A stretch of 64,000 nucleotides of DNA, taken from assembly GCA_963833575.1 (NCBI GenBank), contig CAWHXY010000004.1, forward strand, positions 480,001-544,000. The letters are read 5' to 3'. Shown here in pieces: positions 29,798-40,357 of the stretch (position 1 is its first letter; the number at the start of each line of letters is the position of its first letter). The DNA comes from Candidatus Bathyarchaeota archaeon (GTDB taxonomy: Archaea > Thermoproteota > Bathyarchaeia > Bathyarchaeales > Bathycorpusculaceae). Made by a program: the position numbers and the translations under genes. The notes under the pieces were generated by a model. It was not told where the DNA came from. It did not search any database and saw only the letters and a list, made by a program, of their open reading frames with translations.

Positions 29798-30103
29798 TTA
29801 CGATTCTAATTCTTTTTGTATAGAGTCTACTTTCTTTGAAAGCTCATTAACGGCTGTCTTCAAATCGGACATTTCGCTTGCCATCTGAATTTTTACTTTC
29901 GTTGTTGGGCTTTCGTCTTCCATTTTGCGTCTCATTGCTTCTATTCCGAACCCTATGGCAAATGTTATCATGAATGCGACTGCAACGAGTAATGCTACAA
30001 TTATGTCTGTCTCTATGGTGATGTGTCCGACATAGATGTACATTGAAGAGATTATGGCTATTGCTATCCAGGTGCTTGCTACTATTCCTGCTCTACTGTC
30101 CAT
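29798..30103 (-). CDS. two-TM membrane protein with C-terminal coiled coil
   Basis: ATG after GGAGGTG; overlaps the end of the ArsR gene. Confidence 0.7.
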   Translation of the reverse strand: MDSRAGIVASTWIAIAIISSMYIYVGHITIETDIIVALLVAVAFMITFAIGFGIEAMRRKMEDESPTTKVKIQMASEMSDLKTAVNELSKKVDSIQKELES

Positions 30104-30395
30104 TATTTTCCACCTCCCTTTTGAGAGTTTGCGGAGAGACTTGTATGTCAAAGTTTTTTAGTTCATAATAGCGAAGAGCTTTAGCCTCTCCTTCCACTAA
30201 CTCTATTCGGCTTACTACTATTCCTGCTCTTTCGAGTTTCTTGAGGTGAACTTTCGCTAGTGCTCTGTTGACGCAAAGTTTGTTGGCTATTTCATTCAAG
30301 TACAAATCTCCGTCTACAAGTGATGCTATGATCTTCAACCTTAGAGGATGCCCTAAAGCATCCAAAGTTTTCGCAAGCTCATCAAGCTTAGTCAT
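30093..30395 (-). CDS. ArsR-family HTH regulator
   Basis: ALGHPLRLKII..L, HLKKLERAGIV. Confidence 0.85.
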   Translation of the reverse strand: MTKLDELAKTLDALGHPLRLKIIASLVDGDLYLNEIANKLCVNRALAKVHLKKLERAGIVVSRIELVEGEAKALRYYELKNFDIQVSPQTLKREVENNGQ

Positions 30396-31143
30396 CAGAC
30401 TTTTCAGTCAACTCCTCTCGTTTAGTCCCTGAAGTGATTGCTGATGAATTAAATCCTTTGATAATTAGCCATATAGCAAGAACCATTTCTTGAACACCTA
30501 TGAAGGGAAGATTCAGAACAACCTGAATTGTGGAGAAGGGACCGATTATATTGAACATAACTAACATGCTTGATAATATGCACAATGTTGCTCCAATAAG
30601 ACCCCAAATTGATAGCCATCGAGGAACGAGTTTTGTCCGGTAAAACAAATAGTAATACATCAGGGCACCTAAGCAAAAAGCCAGTGGCCCCCCAACAAAT
30701 GACGCCCAATGATACCCTGACAGTAAAACTGCGCCTAAGGTCTGAAAATACGATGAAACAGGCGCGCCTGCTTTAACAAATTCTTGACTTAATGTTAACA
30801 ATAAGATTATGCCAATTACACCAACAATGTACATAACTGCTTCAATAAGCCTAAAACCAACCGCTCCCAGAGCTAGACTTTGATTATGTTTTTTTAATAC
30901 TGGGTATAACGAAATTGCAATACTGGCGCTTGCGGCAGCGGCGATGAATGTAAGAAGGGCTCCGACTAACGCTTGATTTTGGTTTGCAGAAAATATAGTA
31001 AGATAGTTCGAAGCATTGATAGATGCCAAAAAAGGTGTACTCAGTATACTTGAAGCGGTCGCAATTATGAATAATGCTCCTGCAACTCTTGCAGTCTTTT
31101 TGTTTGAATCTATATTTTTTTCCAATCTTTTTTCCTCCTTCAT
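30388..31143 (-). CDS. DUF4386-like membrane protein
   Basis: TARVAGALFIIA, LYPVLKK, FRLIEA, LVPRWLSIWG, EMVLAIWLIIKGF. Confidence 0.85.
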   Translation of the reverse strand: MKEEKRLEKNIDSNKKTARVAGALFIIATASSILSTPFLASINASNYLTIFSANQNQALVGALLTFIAAAASASIAISLYPVLKKHNQSLALGAVGFRLIEAVMYIVGVIGIILLLTLSQEFVKAGAPVSSYFQTLGAVLLSGYHWASFVGGPLAFCLGALMYYYLFYRTKLVPRWLSIWGLIGATLCILSSMLVMFNIIGPFSTIQVVLNLPFIGVQEMVLAIWLIIKGFNSSAITSGTKREELTEKSDD

Positions 31144-31422
31144 TATTTAGTTTACTGCCCAGCCGAGTCATTATTATTATGTTACGTGTAACCAAAAAGT
31201 TACATATAAAACTTCCCATTTTGCCACAATACACAAAGATACACCTTTTCTTCAGAAAAAAGCACACAATTCTTGTCCTGCGCTAACAACTAGTTGTCGA
31301 TAGGAAAACACTGTTAAGAGCTTTTGCTCCTTTTCTGAATTGCTATTAATTAAAAAAGGTACAAAAATTAATTCGCAATTCGATAAAGTGAGATGTCACT
31401 TAATTAGTGCTTTAGTCGAAAG

Positions 31423-32049
31423 TTAAGGAGAATTTGTCCATACTGGCGTTATCGTCCAGTTAGAAACAGTGCCTTCGTGAAAAATCTGTATATTAGTTGT
31501 CACAGTCTGTCCCCCACCCAAGTTTCCAAGTTTTAATGACTGACTAAAACCACCATAGGAACTTGTGATATAATTGTTAGTTCTATTGTCAGTTCCAAAT
31601 ACTCCACCTAAAGGAAGGGTCAGGTCTATGTCTCGTGTTACTTTGTTATAGGCATCAAATGCGATTACGTGTAATCCAACCTTAAACGCGGTGCCGTTTC
31701 CAGTGTCGGTAACTGTGCCAGAAATGTAGAAGTAATTGTATGGAATTGATTCGGTTGCTGCATAATCGGAAGTTATTATTTCTTTTCCCTCTAGCGCCGT
31801 CGTGAGATTTGGTTTTAACCCTGATGCAAGATAAGCAGCTGTTAAATTTGTTATTTGGTTCTGGAGGCTGGGAATTTGGTTGGTCAAGTTTTCGAGTTGG
31901 CTGGTTAGATTTTGCTCTTGCGAGGTAAGTGAAGCAATTTTGTAATCTTGAAAAATTATTAGGTAAAAATAAGAAGATAGAACTCCTGCAAATATAATTG
32001 CAAAGACTAAAGATACTGCAAAAATTTTTGGGTCTATTTTGATTTTCAT
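31423..32049 (-). CDS. membrane-anchored coiled-coil surface protein
   Basis: N-terminal TM, heptad LxxQxxN repeats, C-terminal IFH.GTV.NWTITPVWT; paralog of the adjacent gene. Confidence 0.75.
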   Translation of the reverse strand: MKIKIDPKIFAVSLVFAIIFAGVLSSYFYLIIFQDYKIASLTSQEQNLTSQLENLTNQIPSLQNQITNLTAAYLASGLKPNLTTALEGKEIITSDYAATESIPYNYFYISGTVTDTGNGTAFKVGLHVIAFDAYNKVTRDIDLTLPLGGVFGTDNRTNNYITSSYGGFSQSLKLGNLGGGQTVTTNIQIFHEGTVSNWTITPVWTNSP

Positions 32050-32061
32050 TGTTTTCTCTCC

Positions 32062-33126
32062 TTATTTGGTTATTGTAACTCGAAAAGTTAGCGTGGCATT
32101 CTGGAAAGCATAACCCGTTCCTATTGGCTTGATAGTCATCACTGGATTGGCCACGCCGACAGATTTAGCCTCTAAATTCCAACTTAGAGTAAGACCAGTA
32201 TTAGGGGGCAAAATCACGGGTGCATTGTTGGTCGGACCCAATAATACAACTTTATTGGTACCAGAACACGAAACTTCACAACCAAACGTACTTGGAATTA
32301 CTGTGTGATTCAATGTTTCGTAATCTGCGACTTTAATAATTAACGTGGAATTTTGTCCTACACTCATCGATACGTCTGGGATTTTTTCGGATGGTGCGCC
32401 GCTTCCGAAATTATAAGTTTTGTTGTTGAAAGTTACTGAAGTAATTACTGTTGTAGCTGATGGAAGGGGCTTAGGAGTTGGAGTTGGCGGAATCATTGTT
32501 GTTGGAGTAGGATTTGAGGTCCAAACTGGCGTTATAGTCCAATTTGTAACAGTTCCATGGTGAAAAATACCTAAAATGACTGTAACGTTTTGGCCACTGT
32601 ATAAATTTCCGAGTAGTAATGACTCATTGCCATAAATTTGAGTTGACGCATCTGTTCCGAAAACTGGAGCGAAATCAGTGTTTTCATTGGTAGTTTCGTT
32701 CTGCCCATTGTCCAGAGGAATAGTCATGTTTATTTGAACTTTCCCGTCGGCTTGATAGGCAACCACGTGCAATCCTGCGTTGTAGGCTGCGGTTAGACCC
32801 ATATTTGTGATCGACCCCATAATGAGAAGGTGATTATACAGAAGCGGTGTGGGATAGTTATGCGGCGAATTATATGGTACTTCGGTTACGCCCAGTGAAG
32901 TTACAATATTTGGTGAAATCAGATTTGTTATCTGGCTGCTGACATTTGATGCTTGACTTTTCAGGTCAGAAACCTTGCTGTTAAGATTGGCTATTTGGCT
33001 ATTTAATGATGCAATTCTATAATTTCCGTCATTTATTACTCCGTTACAATAAATTACTGTTCCCGCAATTGCAGTAGCGAAGAGTATTGCAATCAAAACT
33101 GAGGTAGCAATTATTTTTTTATCCAT
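32062..33126 (-). CDS. membrane-anchored coiled-coil surface protein with extra beta domain
   Basis: Same domain as 31423..32049, plus P/T linker and Ig-like tail. Confidence 0.75.
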   Translation of the reverse strand: MDKKIIATSVLIAILFATAIAGTVIYCNGVINDGNYRIASLNSQIANLNSKVSDLKSQASNVSSQITNLISPNIVTSLGVTEVPYNSPHNYPTPLLYNHLLIMGSITNMGLTAAYNAGLHVVAYQADGKVQINMTIPLDNGQNETTNENTDFAPVFGTDASTQIYGNESLLLGNLYSGQNVTVILGIFHHGTVTNWTITPVWTSNPTPTTMIPPTPTPKPLPSATTVITSVTFNNKTYNFGSGAPSEKIPDVSMSVGQNSTLIIKVADYETLNHTVIPSTFGCEVSCSGTNKVVLLGPTNNAPVILPPNTGLTLSWNLEAKSVGVANPVMTIKPIGTGYAFQNATLTFRVTITK

Positions 33127-33292
33127 TTGTTTTCAATCAACAAATGTTACTAACGGCTTTTAGTTCTACTCATGGAACAGATACGGAACAAACTGTTCCC
33201 ATTTTGGAACACTGATAAACAGTTTATTTTGATTAATAAAATTACGGTCTTTCTAATTCCTTAAGTTTTGAAGCTAAAAAACAAAAAATAGC

Positions 33293-36193
33293 TTACAAAT
33301 TTCGATCAGGAATAGTTATGATGAATTTTGTGCCTTTGCCCTGCTCTCCTTCTTCAACTATGCTCCAACCGTAAACATCTATCATCTTCTTAATCAAAAA
33401 CAACCCAAAGCCAGTGCTGCCACCCGTGCTGAAACCTTCTGTAAAGAGTCTTGATTTGTTCTCCGCAGAGATGCCAATACCATCATCCTCATAGATCAAA
33501 TTCAGCTTGCCCGATTCTTCTTGCTGACAATACATTTTTATGGTTGTAGCTTTTACCCCGTATTTTCTTGTATTATCGATAAAGTTATAGAACATCTGCC
33601 TGAGAAGTGAATCCGCCAGTACGCTTCTGCCGTGGCAGTCGTTAAGAATCTTGATGGTTAGACCTGAGAAAAGTGCCGAAGCCTCATCTACTGCTTTTCC
33701 AAGATCAATGGAAGTTAGTTCTTCAACGCCCAGTTGTTCATACATTTTGGCAAACTCAAAAATCTTTACTGAATCCGCAACAGCCTGTTCAATCTTACCC
33801 AATCCCTCAACGATGTCAGCTTGATCCTTATGTTTCTTTTTCAGCAAATACGTGTAGCCATTCATTGTTGAAAGTTTGTTTCGAACATCATGCCTAGTTA
33901 AGCTACCTACAACGCCGAGTTTCTCATTCACACTAACCAGTTCATCCATTGTTTGGTTCAGAGCTGCTTGGGCTTTCTTGAGTTCAGAAATATCAGTCAC
34001 TATTCCAAGAATCGCTTTATCTCCATCGTAATTTATCAACTTCGACGTAGTCATTACATCAATTCTTTCGCCACTTTTGGTTATGAGTTCGTAATCGTAA
34101 GGAGGAGAGTCTTCGCCTCTCATGTGTTTAGCATAAGAGGAACGCATAATCTCAACATATTCAGGCGCGCAAAGAGAAAGAAAATTGAAGTTAGGAGAAT
34201 AGAGCTCTTCTCTAGTGTATCCCGTCATATCTTCGCATTTCTTGTTGGCGTATAGAACTTTGCCTCGTTTGTTTATGAAAATTACGTTAGGCGATTCTTC
34301 GGCGAGGTTTCTGAATTTTTCCTCGCTTTCTTTCAAAGAATCTTCGATCTTCTTGCGCTGGGTAATGTCTTCAAATACAGCTGCAAAATAGCCTTTTCTT
34401 GGGCAATAAACTGAGACAGATAGCCAAAGGCTTAGAGGTTTGAAGAACACTTCGAACCTTTCTTTTTTGCCCGTAAGCGCAACTCTTCCGTAAATTTCAA
34501 AAAGTTCAGGATTGGCTTCTTTGATGTCAGGTATTGCCTGTGTTACTCTCTTTCCAAGAACCAGATCTCTTTTTAGGCCAGTTATTCTTTCAAATGCATC
34601 ATTAATTTTAAGATAAACAAAGTCAACGGGCTTTTCTGTTTCGTCGAATATCATTTGACAGTAAGCTAAGCCATCAATCATATTAGCGAAAAGAGAATTA
34701 TGTTCTTCCTCACTTCGTCTCAGCGTCTCCTCAGCTTTCTTCAACTCATCAATGTCAATTGTATATACTCTGATATTATCGGTTTCAGGAACAAAATAGA
34801 AAGTTTCGTGATACCAGTGACCAGCAACCTTTACGTCCCTTCCAAATCTATTTTTGGTTTTATCCACAAAGGGTCCAACAATTTGATTCCAATCAGAAAG
34901 GAACGGATGGCTCAAACCTAAGTCTTCGAAGTCAGGAAAGAGTTTTTTCGTTGCAGGGTTACAATAGATTATTTTGCCGCTTAAATCGGCTTCAAATATT
35001 GCGTTTGGATTTAGTGTTGGAAATGAAGCTAAACGTGAAATTTCTTTTTCTGCCTTTTTGCGTTCAGTAATGTTTCTGGCGATTGCTAAAATTGCCGGTT
35101 TTTCCTGATAATTTATGAGGCTTGAGCTGATCTCGACTGGAATTGCCGTTCCATCTTTGGAGGTGTGTACCGTTTCGAAAATTTGATTCTTGCCAGAAAC
35201 GACACGACTCATCACATTTTTAACTTGCTCTGTACTCAGATAATTGTCAATGCCTTTAATTCCCAAAGAAAGCAACTCTTCTCTACAATACCCTAACATC
35301 TCGACAGCGGCGTTGTTCACTTCTATAAAGTTGCCTTCAAAATCAACAACCCAAGCCGATTCACCCATGCCATTAATTAAGTTTCTATAGTTTTTCTCGC
35401 TTACAATTAGGGCTTCTTCAGCTTTCTTGCGCTCCGTAATGTCTTTGCAAACAGCTACGTTGCCGAGGAATCTGTCATTGTCTGACACAATTGAAATAAT
35501 GTTGAGTTCGCCATAGCGTTTTTGTCCGTTTTTGTTCTGGTAAACTACTTCTCCTTGAAATTGACCAGTGGTCTTCAACTGTCGGCTTAATTCTTCTTGG
35601 CTAGGCTTCACCTGTATTTTTTGGAAAACATCATCAATCTTTTTCTGCAACACTTCACAGGAACTAAATCCGAATAATTCTTCTGCAGCTTTGTTCCAAG
35701 CGGTAATTATGAAGTTTGCGTCCGACGAAACTATGGCATCATGAACATTATGAAGTGCCAAGGAATCATTTTCATTCGTTAGTTTTGCACGGGATTTTTC
35801 TACTGCTGAAGAAACTAAATGTTTCAATTCACTGTAGACTGTTTCAGGTGAACCATGTTTGTTAACGTAGTAGTCCGCACCTAAATTTAGAGCCTGTATA
35901 ACAACTTCTTCTCTACCTTTACCAGTGAATAAGATAAATGGAATTTCGTTTTTCCCGTCACGTAACTCCTTTAGAAACTGCAAGCCATCTTTTTGAGGCA
36001 TCTCATAATCAGAAATAACAATGTCATATTGCCCCGTTGATAGTTTCTTGAAGGCTTCATCCACACAGCAAGCGCTGTCAAACTCAAAGCAGCTATCTAA
36101 ATCCAGCAGAATCTGTTTTGAGATCTCGAGCATGGCTAAGTCATCATCAACATGCAAAACTCGAATAGCATTCATTTTGTTCGAAGCAGCCAA
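33293..36193 (-). CDS. hybrid sensor kinase (REC, multiple PAS, HisKA, HATPase)
   Basis: VLHVDDD/ISDYEMP receiver, several DITERKKAE PAC ends, RHDVRN H-box, DDGIGI and GFGLFL boxes. Confidence 0.92.
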   Translation of the reverse strand: MAASNKMNAIRVLHVDDDLAMLEISKQILLDLDSCFEFDSACCVDEAFKKLSTGQYDIVISDYEMPQKDGLQFLKELRDGKNEIPFILFTGKGREEVVIQALNLGADYYVNKHGSPETVYSELKHLVSSAVEKSRAKLTNENDSLALHNVHDAIVSSDANFIITAWNKAAEELFGFSSCEVLQKKIDDVFQKIQVKPSQEELSRQLKTTGQFQGEVVYQNKNGQKRYGELNIISIVSDNDRFLGNVAVCKDITERKKAEEALIVSEKNYRNLINGMGESAWVVDFEGNFIEVNNAAVEMLGYCREELLSLGIKGIDNYLSTEQVKNVMSRVVSGKNQIFETVHTSKDGTAIPVEISSSLINYQEKPAILAIARNITERKKAEKEISRLASFPTLNPNAIFEADLSGKIIYCNPATKKLFPDFEDLGLSHPFLSDWNQIVGPFVDKTKNRFGRDVKVAGHWYHETFYFVPETDNIRVYTIDIDELKKAEETLRRSEEEHNSLFANMIDGLAYCQMIFDETEKPVDFVYLKINDAFERITGLKRDLVLGKRVTQAIPDIKEANPELFEIYGRVALTGKKERFEVFFKPLSLWLSVSVYCPRKGYFAAVFEDITQRKKIEDSLKESEEKFRNLAEESPNVIFINKRGKVLYANKKCEDMTGYTREELYSPNFNFLSLCAPEYVEIMRSSYAKHMRGEDSPPYDYELITKSGERIDVMTTSKLINYDGDKAILGIVTDISELKKAQAALNQTMDELVSVNEKLGVVGSLTRHDVRNKLSTMNGYTYLLKKKHKDQADIVEGLGKIEQAVADSVKIFEFAKMYEQLGVEELTSIDLGKAVDEASALFSGLTIKILNDCHGRSVLADSLLRQMFYNFIDNTRKYGVKATTIKMYCQQEESGKLNLIYEDDGIGISAENKSRLFTEGFSTGGSTGFGLFLIKKMIDVYGWSIVEEGEQGKGTKFIITIPDRNL

Positions 36194-36420
36194 ATTAGCT
36201 ACTTCTACCTCTATTCTATCCTGATCGAGGTGCTGTTGTATTAGCCATACCCCGCTTTGAATAGCAAAGTTGATTATAAGTCAGTTATGTACCGCGAATA
36301 CTGATTCATCAAACTCTTAAATGACTCTTTAAGCGGAAACCATTGTTTTATTTTTTATGAAAGCTTTTAATGTTTGAATCAGAAATGGTAGATACATCAA
36401 TATTTAGAAGGTTCAAATGC

Positions 36421-36837
36421 ATGGTAAAAGTTGAAGCATACGAAGTGCCAGAAGGCCTTTACTTCTCCAAAGATTTTGAATGGATAAAAATTGAAAGCGA
36501 TAAAATTCGCATGGGTATCACCGATTATGCGCAGAAAGCTCTGCGAGAAATCGTTTATGCTGAATTACCCACTGTTGGAACAGAAGTGAAGCAAAATGAG
36601 CCTTATGGAACATTGGAGTCTGTCAAAGCAGTTTCAGACCTCGTGGCAGCCGTAAGCGGCACAATCGAAGAAGTCAACGATGAAGTCCAGTCTAAACCTG
36701 AGACTCTCAATGAAGATCCTTATGAAAAAGGCTGGTTAATTGTTGTTAAGCCTTCAAACTTGCAGAGCGAACTTGCAAACTTGATGGATTTTAACGCAGC
36801 TGTTGAGTGGCATAAAGCTCAAACTCAATCTAAATAA
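36421..36837 (+). CDS. gcvH: glycine cleavage H (lipoyl carrier) protein
   Basis: GITDYAQ, ESVKAVSD lipoyl-Lys, NEDPY..GW. Confidence 0.9.
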   Translation: MVKVEAYEVPEGLYFSKDFEWIKIESDKIRMGITDYAQKALREIVYAELPTVGTEVKQNEPYGTLESVKAVSDLVAAVSGTIEEVNDEVQSKPETLNEDPYEKGWLIVVKPSNLQSELANLMDFNAAVEWHKAQTQSK

Positions 36838-36853
36838 GTTGAAGGCAAATTGC

Positions 36854-38200
36854 ATGGTTAGACGCGTAATTGTTGTTGGAGCAAACGCTGCAGGTGTAGA
36901 GGCGGCTTCTGCAGCACGCAAAAAAGATCGGACAGCCGAAATCACATTGGTTACTCAGGAAAAGAATGCTGGGTACTCTCGTTGTGGTCTACCGTTTGTT
37001 ATTGGTGGCCAAATAGCGAAATTTACCGATTTAATTGTTTATCCGCCTGCATATTTTCAAATGCTGAAACTCAATTTACGCTCTGAAACAAAAGCCACTG
37101 CAATTAACACCAAAGAGAAAACCGTTAGCATAGTTACCAAAGACGGGGTGACGAAGACATTACCATATGACAGCTTAGTGATTGCTACAGGTGCTGACTC
37201 GTTTATGCCGCCGATCAAAGGTAAAGATAAACAGGGAATACTAAGCCTACGAGGAATGGAGGACGGGGAAAAAATCGATGCAGCGGTTAAAGCTGGTGCA
37301 AAATCTGCTGTTATTATGGGAGCAGGCTTAATTGGGCTCGAGGTGGGAGTTGGCCTAATTGAACGTGGATTAAAAGTTACTATAGTTGAAATGTTGCCCC
37401 AGATTCTGCCTCAGTTACTTGATGCTGATATGGCAAAACAAGTTCAAGAACATTTAGAGTCCAAAGGCATGCGTATTCTAACAAGCAAGGGTGTTGAAGA
37501 ATTTCTTGGCGAAGAAAAAGTTACTGCTGTAATGGCTGGCGGCGAAAAGATTGAAGCAGACCTATTCATCAGCGCGTTCGGCGTTCGAGCAAACACAAAG
37601 CTGGCTGCTGACGCTGGAATTCCTCTGGGTGAGACTCGAGCAATCAAAACCAATGGACGTATGGAAACAGATGTTAAAGATGTGTATGCAGTTGGCGACT
37701 GCGCTGAAGCGCCAAGCATCATTACCCATCGCCCCATGTGCGCTCAACTAGGAACCATAGCTGTTCGTCAAGGCAAAGTTGCTGGAGCAAACGCGGGAGG
37801 CGACTATTCACAATTCTCAGGAATTTTAGCTTCAGCTGTCACAATGCTTTTTGAGATTCAAGCAGGAAACACAGGATTGACCGAAACTGCAGCAGCACGC
37901 AATCGGATTGAAGTTATTACTGGAACGATTAGCAGCAAAACCAAAGCAGACTATTTCCCAGGAGCTAAACCAATAAAAATCAAACTGGTCGTCGAAAAAG
38001 AATCCCAGCGCATCATAGGCGGGCAAGTCATAGGCGGAGAAGAAGTCACCCAACGCATAAACTGCCTCAGCTTCGCCATCCAAAAAGGCATGACAGTAAG
38101 AGAACTTGCAAAAGCCGACACAGCTTACGCACCTCCACTATGCGAAACATGGGAACCCATGGTTCTAGCAGCAGAAATGGTCCTAATGAAACTGCGGTAA
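36854..38200 (+). CDS. CoA-disulfide reductase/NADH oxidase family flavoprotein
   Basis: GANAAG, YSRCGLP single redox Cys, GAGLIGLE, YAVGDC, AYAPP. Confidence 0.85.
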   Translation: MVRRVIVVGANAAGVEAASAARKKDRTAEITLVTQEKNAGYSRCGLPFVIGGQIAKFTDLIVYPPAYFQMLKLNLRSETKATAINTKEKTVSIVTKDGVTKTLPYDSLVIATGADSFMPPIKGKDKQGILSLRGMEDGEKIDAAVKAGAKSAVIMGAGLIGLEVGVGLIERGLKVTIVEMLPQILPQLLDADMAKQVQEHLESKGMRILTSKGVEEFLGEEKVTAVMAGGEKIEADLFISAFGVRANTKLAADAGIPLGETRAIKTNGRMETDVKDVYAVGDCAEAPSIITHRPMCAQLGTIAVRQGKVAGANAGGDYSQFSGILASAVTMLFEIQAGNTGLTETAAARNRIEVITGTISSKTKADYFPGAKPIKIKLVVEKESQRIIGGQVIGGEEVTQRINCLSFAIQKGMTVRELAKADTAYAPPLCETWEPMVLAAEMVLMKLR

Positions 38201-38233
38201 CCACAATTTCTTTTTTCTTTTTCAAGTTATTGG

Positions 38234-38677
38234 TTAAGATTGTTGTTGTCTTATCTCGTAGGATGTCGTGATTTCTGCTGTTTTCTTAAGCATCGCCCCG
38301 ACCGAACAATATTTGTCGTATGATAGTTGGATTGCTTTCTCAACAGCATCTTTGCTTACGTCTTTTCCTTCGATGATGTATTTGATGTGGATTTTGGTGA
38401 AAACCGTTGGGGGCTCATCATTCATTTCAGCTTCAGCCTCAACGGAGTAATTTGAGATATTTTGTCTTTTCTTTTTCAGGATTGTAACGACATCAAAACT
38501 AGTGCATCCCGCTAGACTCGCCAAAACTGTTTCCATAGGTGTTAACGCTGTTTCTTCTCCGCCATACTTTGCAGAAGCGTCAAAATTCACCGAAAGCCCT
38601 TTCTCGTTTTTAGCTTCGAAACGAAAATTCTTTTTCCAATTCAAAACTATTTTCCTTTTGTTCTCAGACATAATCAC
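38234..38677 (-). CDS. OsmC family protein
   Basis: PMETVLASLAGC, ILKKKR, KYCSV. Confidence 0.9.
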   Translation of the reverse strand: MIMSENKRKIVLNWKKNFRFEAKNEKGLSVNFDASAKYGGEETALTPMETVLASLAGCTSFDVVTILKKKRQNISNYSVEAEAEMNDEPPTVFTKIHIKYIIEGKDVSKDAVEKAIQLSYDKYCSVGAMLKKTAEITTSYEIRQQQS

Positions 38678-38818
38678 TACTTTGAAATTGACTCTAAAAA
38701 GTCTTTGTTAAATAATCTACCTTGATAGATTACCAGAAAAATATGCCTTTTACTATTGATTTCTTTTCTACCCTAAACTCTTATATTGCTCACCGCGAAA
38801 TCAAGAATTGGTGTCTTT

Positions 38819-39034
38819 TTGACTTGTTGGAAATGGTTTAATAGTGTTTTAAAAGAAGCGGATGTACAATTAACAGCCCACAATCAAGAAAAGATCGACG
38901 AAATTATTCACAAATACATAGGCGAACAATCTGTTTTAGGACGATGCTCAGCGGATTGGAAGAAGGCCAGCAAAGAAATCAAAGCAAATCCAGAAATGAA
39001 AAACGAGCTCATCTCAAAGCTGAAAGCAACATAG
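38819..39034 (+). CDS. small hypothetical protein
   Basis: TTG after GGTG; MTCW..F...L.EA and IDEIIH pattern. Confidence 0.6.
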   Translation: MTCWKWFNSVLKEADVQLTAHNQEKIDEIIHKYIGEQSVLGRCSADWKKASKEIKANPEMKNELISKLKAT

Positions 39035-39156
39035 TGAGCCCTTAGTGCTAACAAATAACTTTTTTCTTTTCAGTTAAGCATTAGTCTGGAACGGACCTAA
39101 AAGATGTCAAAAGATCAGGTGAACTTTTTAGAGAAAGAAAAACAACTGAAGAAAAA

Positions 39157-39735
39157 TTACTTCTTCGAAACGGGTTTATCGATTAACGTTTTTCCAATGT
39201 TCCAAGCTTGGGCAAACTTGCTTCCGAGTTTCCAATAGCTTCTATCATTCATTACGAACAGGATAGGTTGCACTTTTTCAAAATCAACTACACCATCCGT
39301 TAAAATGGTTTCATCACAATAAGTTGCCTCTATTTGGCCAACGAAAACTTCGTGACTTGGAAAATCAACCGTTTTAATCAATTTGCATTCCATGTTAATT
39401 GAGCATTGATCAATCATTGGCGCGGTTTTCAGTTTTCCATAGAAGATTTTGAAAAGGTCTGACTTATCTTGTGTTTTACCGGAAACTAATCCGCAATAAT
39501 CGGTTTCTTTAACCATTTTAACTGAAGGAATGTTAACGCTAAAGGTACCGTTTGCTCTTATTCCAGCATTTGTATGATGCGCTTTCCCCATGCCCAGAGA
39601 AATTGAACCTAAATCCATAATTCCCACATGAGCAATTGTTATGTAATTCGGTTTATCGTTAACCAAAGCACCAATCAAAGTTGTTGGCAATGGATAAAGA
39701 CAGTTTTTGGCTCCAATTTCAACCTTCATATTCAT
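39157..39735 (-). CDS. flavin reductase/flavoredoxin
   Basis: LYPLP, KPNY, FSVNIP, DYCGLVSG, ECKL, HEVFVG. Confidence 0.88.
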   Translation of the reverse strand: MNMKVEIGAKNCLYPLPTTLIGALVNDKPNYITIAHVGIMDLGSISLGMGKAHHTNAGIRANGTFSVNIPSVKMVKETDYCGLVSGKTQDKSDLFKIFYGKLKTAPMIDQCSINMECKLIKTVDFPSHEVFVGQIEATYCDETILTDGVVDFEKVQPILFVMNDRSYWKLGSKFAQAWNIGKTLIDKPVSKK

Positions 39736-39779
39736 TATTCCTAGTTGTTTAGTCTTTTAGGAAGTATAAAATGAAAAAC

Positions 39780-39971
39780 TTAGGTTTTTTGTTTCTTGTT
39801 TTGTTTTGCAGGATCTTTTTTTGGTTCTTCTTGAGCACTTTTGCCAGCGCATTTTATACAGCAAGCGGTGTATTTTTTGCCGTCGATTATGGTTGTAGCT
39901 GTTGACAGTTGGCACAATTCGGGTGTGCTTTCTGAGCTGCAGAATTCGCATTTTGTTGTCTTTGTCTTCAT
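39780..39971 (-). CDS. small Cys-rich metal-binding protein (TRASH/YHS-like)
   Basis: CEFC...C...IDGKKY.ACCIKC; overlaps the iscU stop, GAGGTGA SD. Confidence 0.7.
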   Translation of the reverse strand: MKTKTTKCEFCSSESTPELCQLSTATTIIDGKKYTACCIKCAGKSAQEEPKKDPAKQNKKQKT

Positions 39972-40357
39972 TTTTTCACCTCGTGGGTTGCTTCTTGTTT
40001 TTTGTAGAAATCCTTTATTGCTTCATGTAGTGCATCTGCAGCTAAGTTTGAACAGTGCATTTTGACCGGTGGTAATCCTCCTAATGACGTTGCAACGTCG
40101 GCCCGCGTTATTTTTAGGGCTTCTTCAAGCGTTTTTCCTTTAGCCATTTCTGTCGTCATGCTGCTAGTGGCTATTGCAGCTCCGCAACCAAAAGTTTTGA
40201 ATTTGATATCGGTTATTTTGTTATCTTTAACTTTGATGTACATTGTCATTAAGTCGCCGCAGACAGGATTCCCTACGGTGCCTACACCGTCTGCATCAGG
40301 GATCTCTCCTGTGTTTTTGGGGTTTTTAAAATGTTCCATAACTTTTTCCGAGTACAT
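39968..40357 (-). CDS. iscU: Fe-S cluster scaffold IscU/NifU
   Basis: YSEKVMEHF.NP, GNPVCGD, FGCGAAIA, LPPVKMHCS. Confidence 0.95.
   Translation of the reverse strand: MYSEKVMEHFKNPKNTGEIPDADGVGTVGNPVCGDLMTMYIKVKDNKITDIKFKTFGCGAAIATSSMTTEMAKGKTLEEALKITRADVATSLGGLPPVKMHCSNLAADALHEAIKDFYKKQEATHEVKK

Noticed and set aside
39081-39120. Weak GTC/GAC repeats resembling the phased array
   Set aside because: Spacing is irregular and the conserved downstream motif is absent
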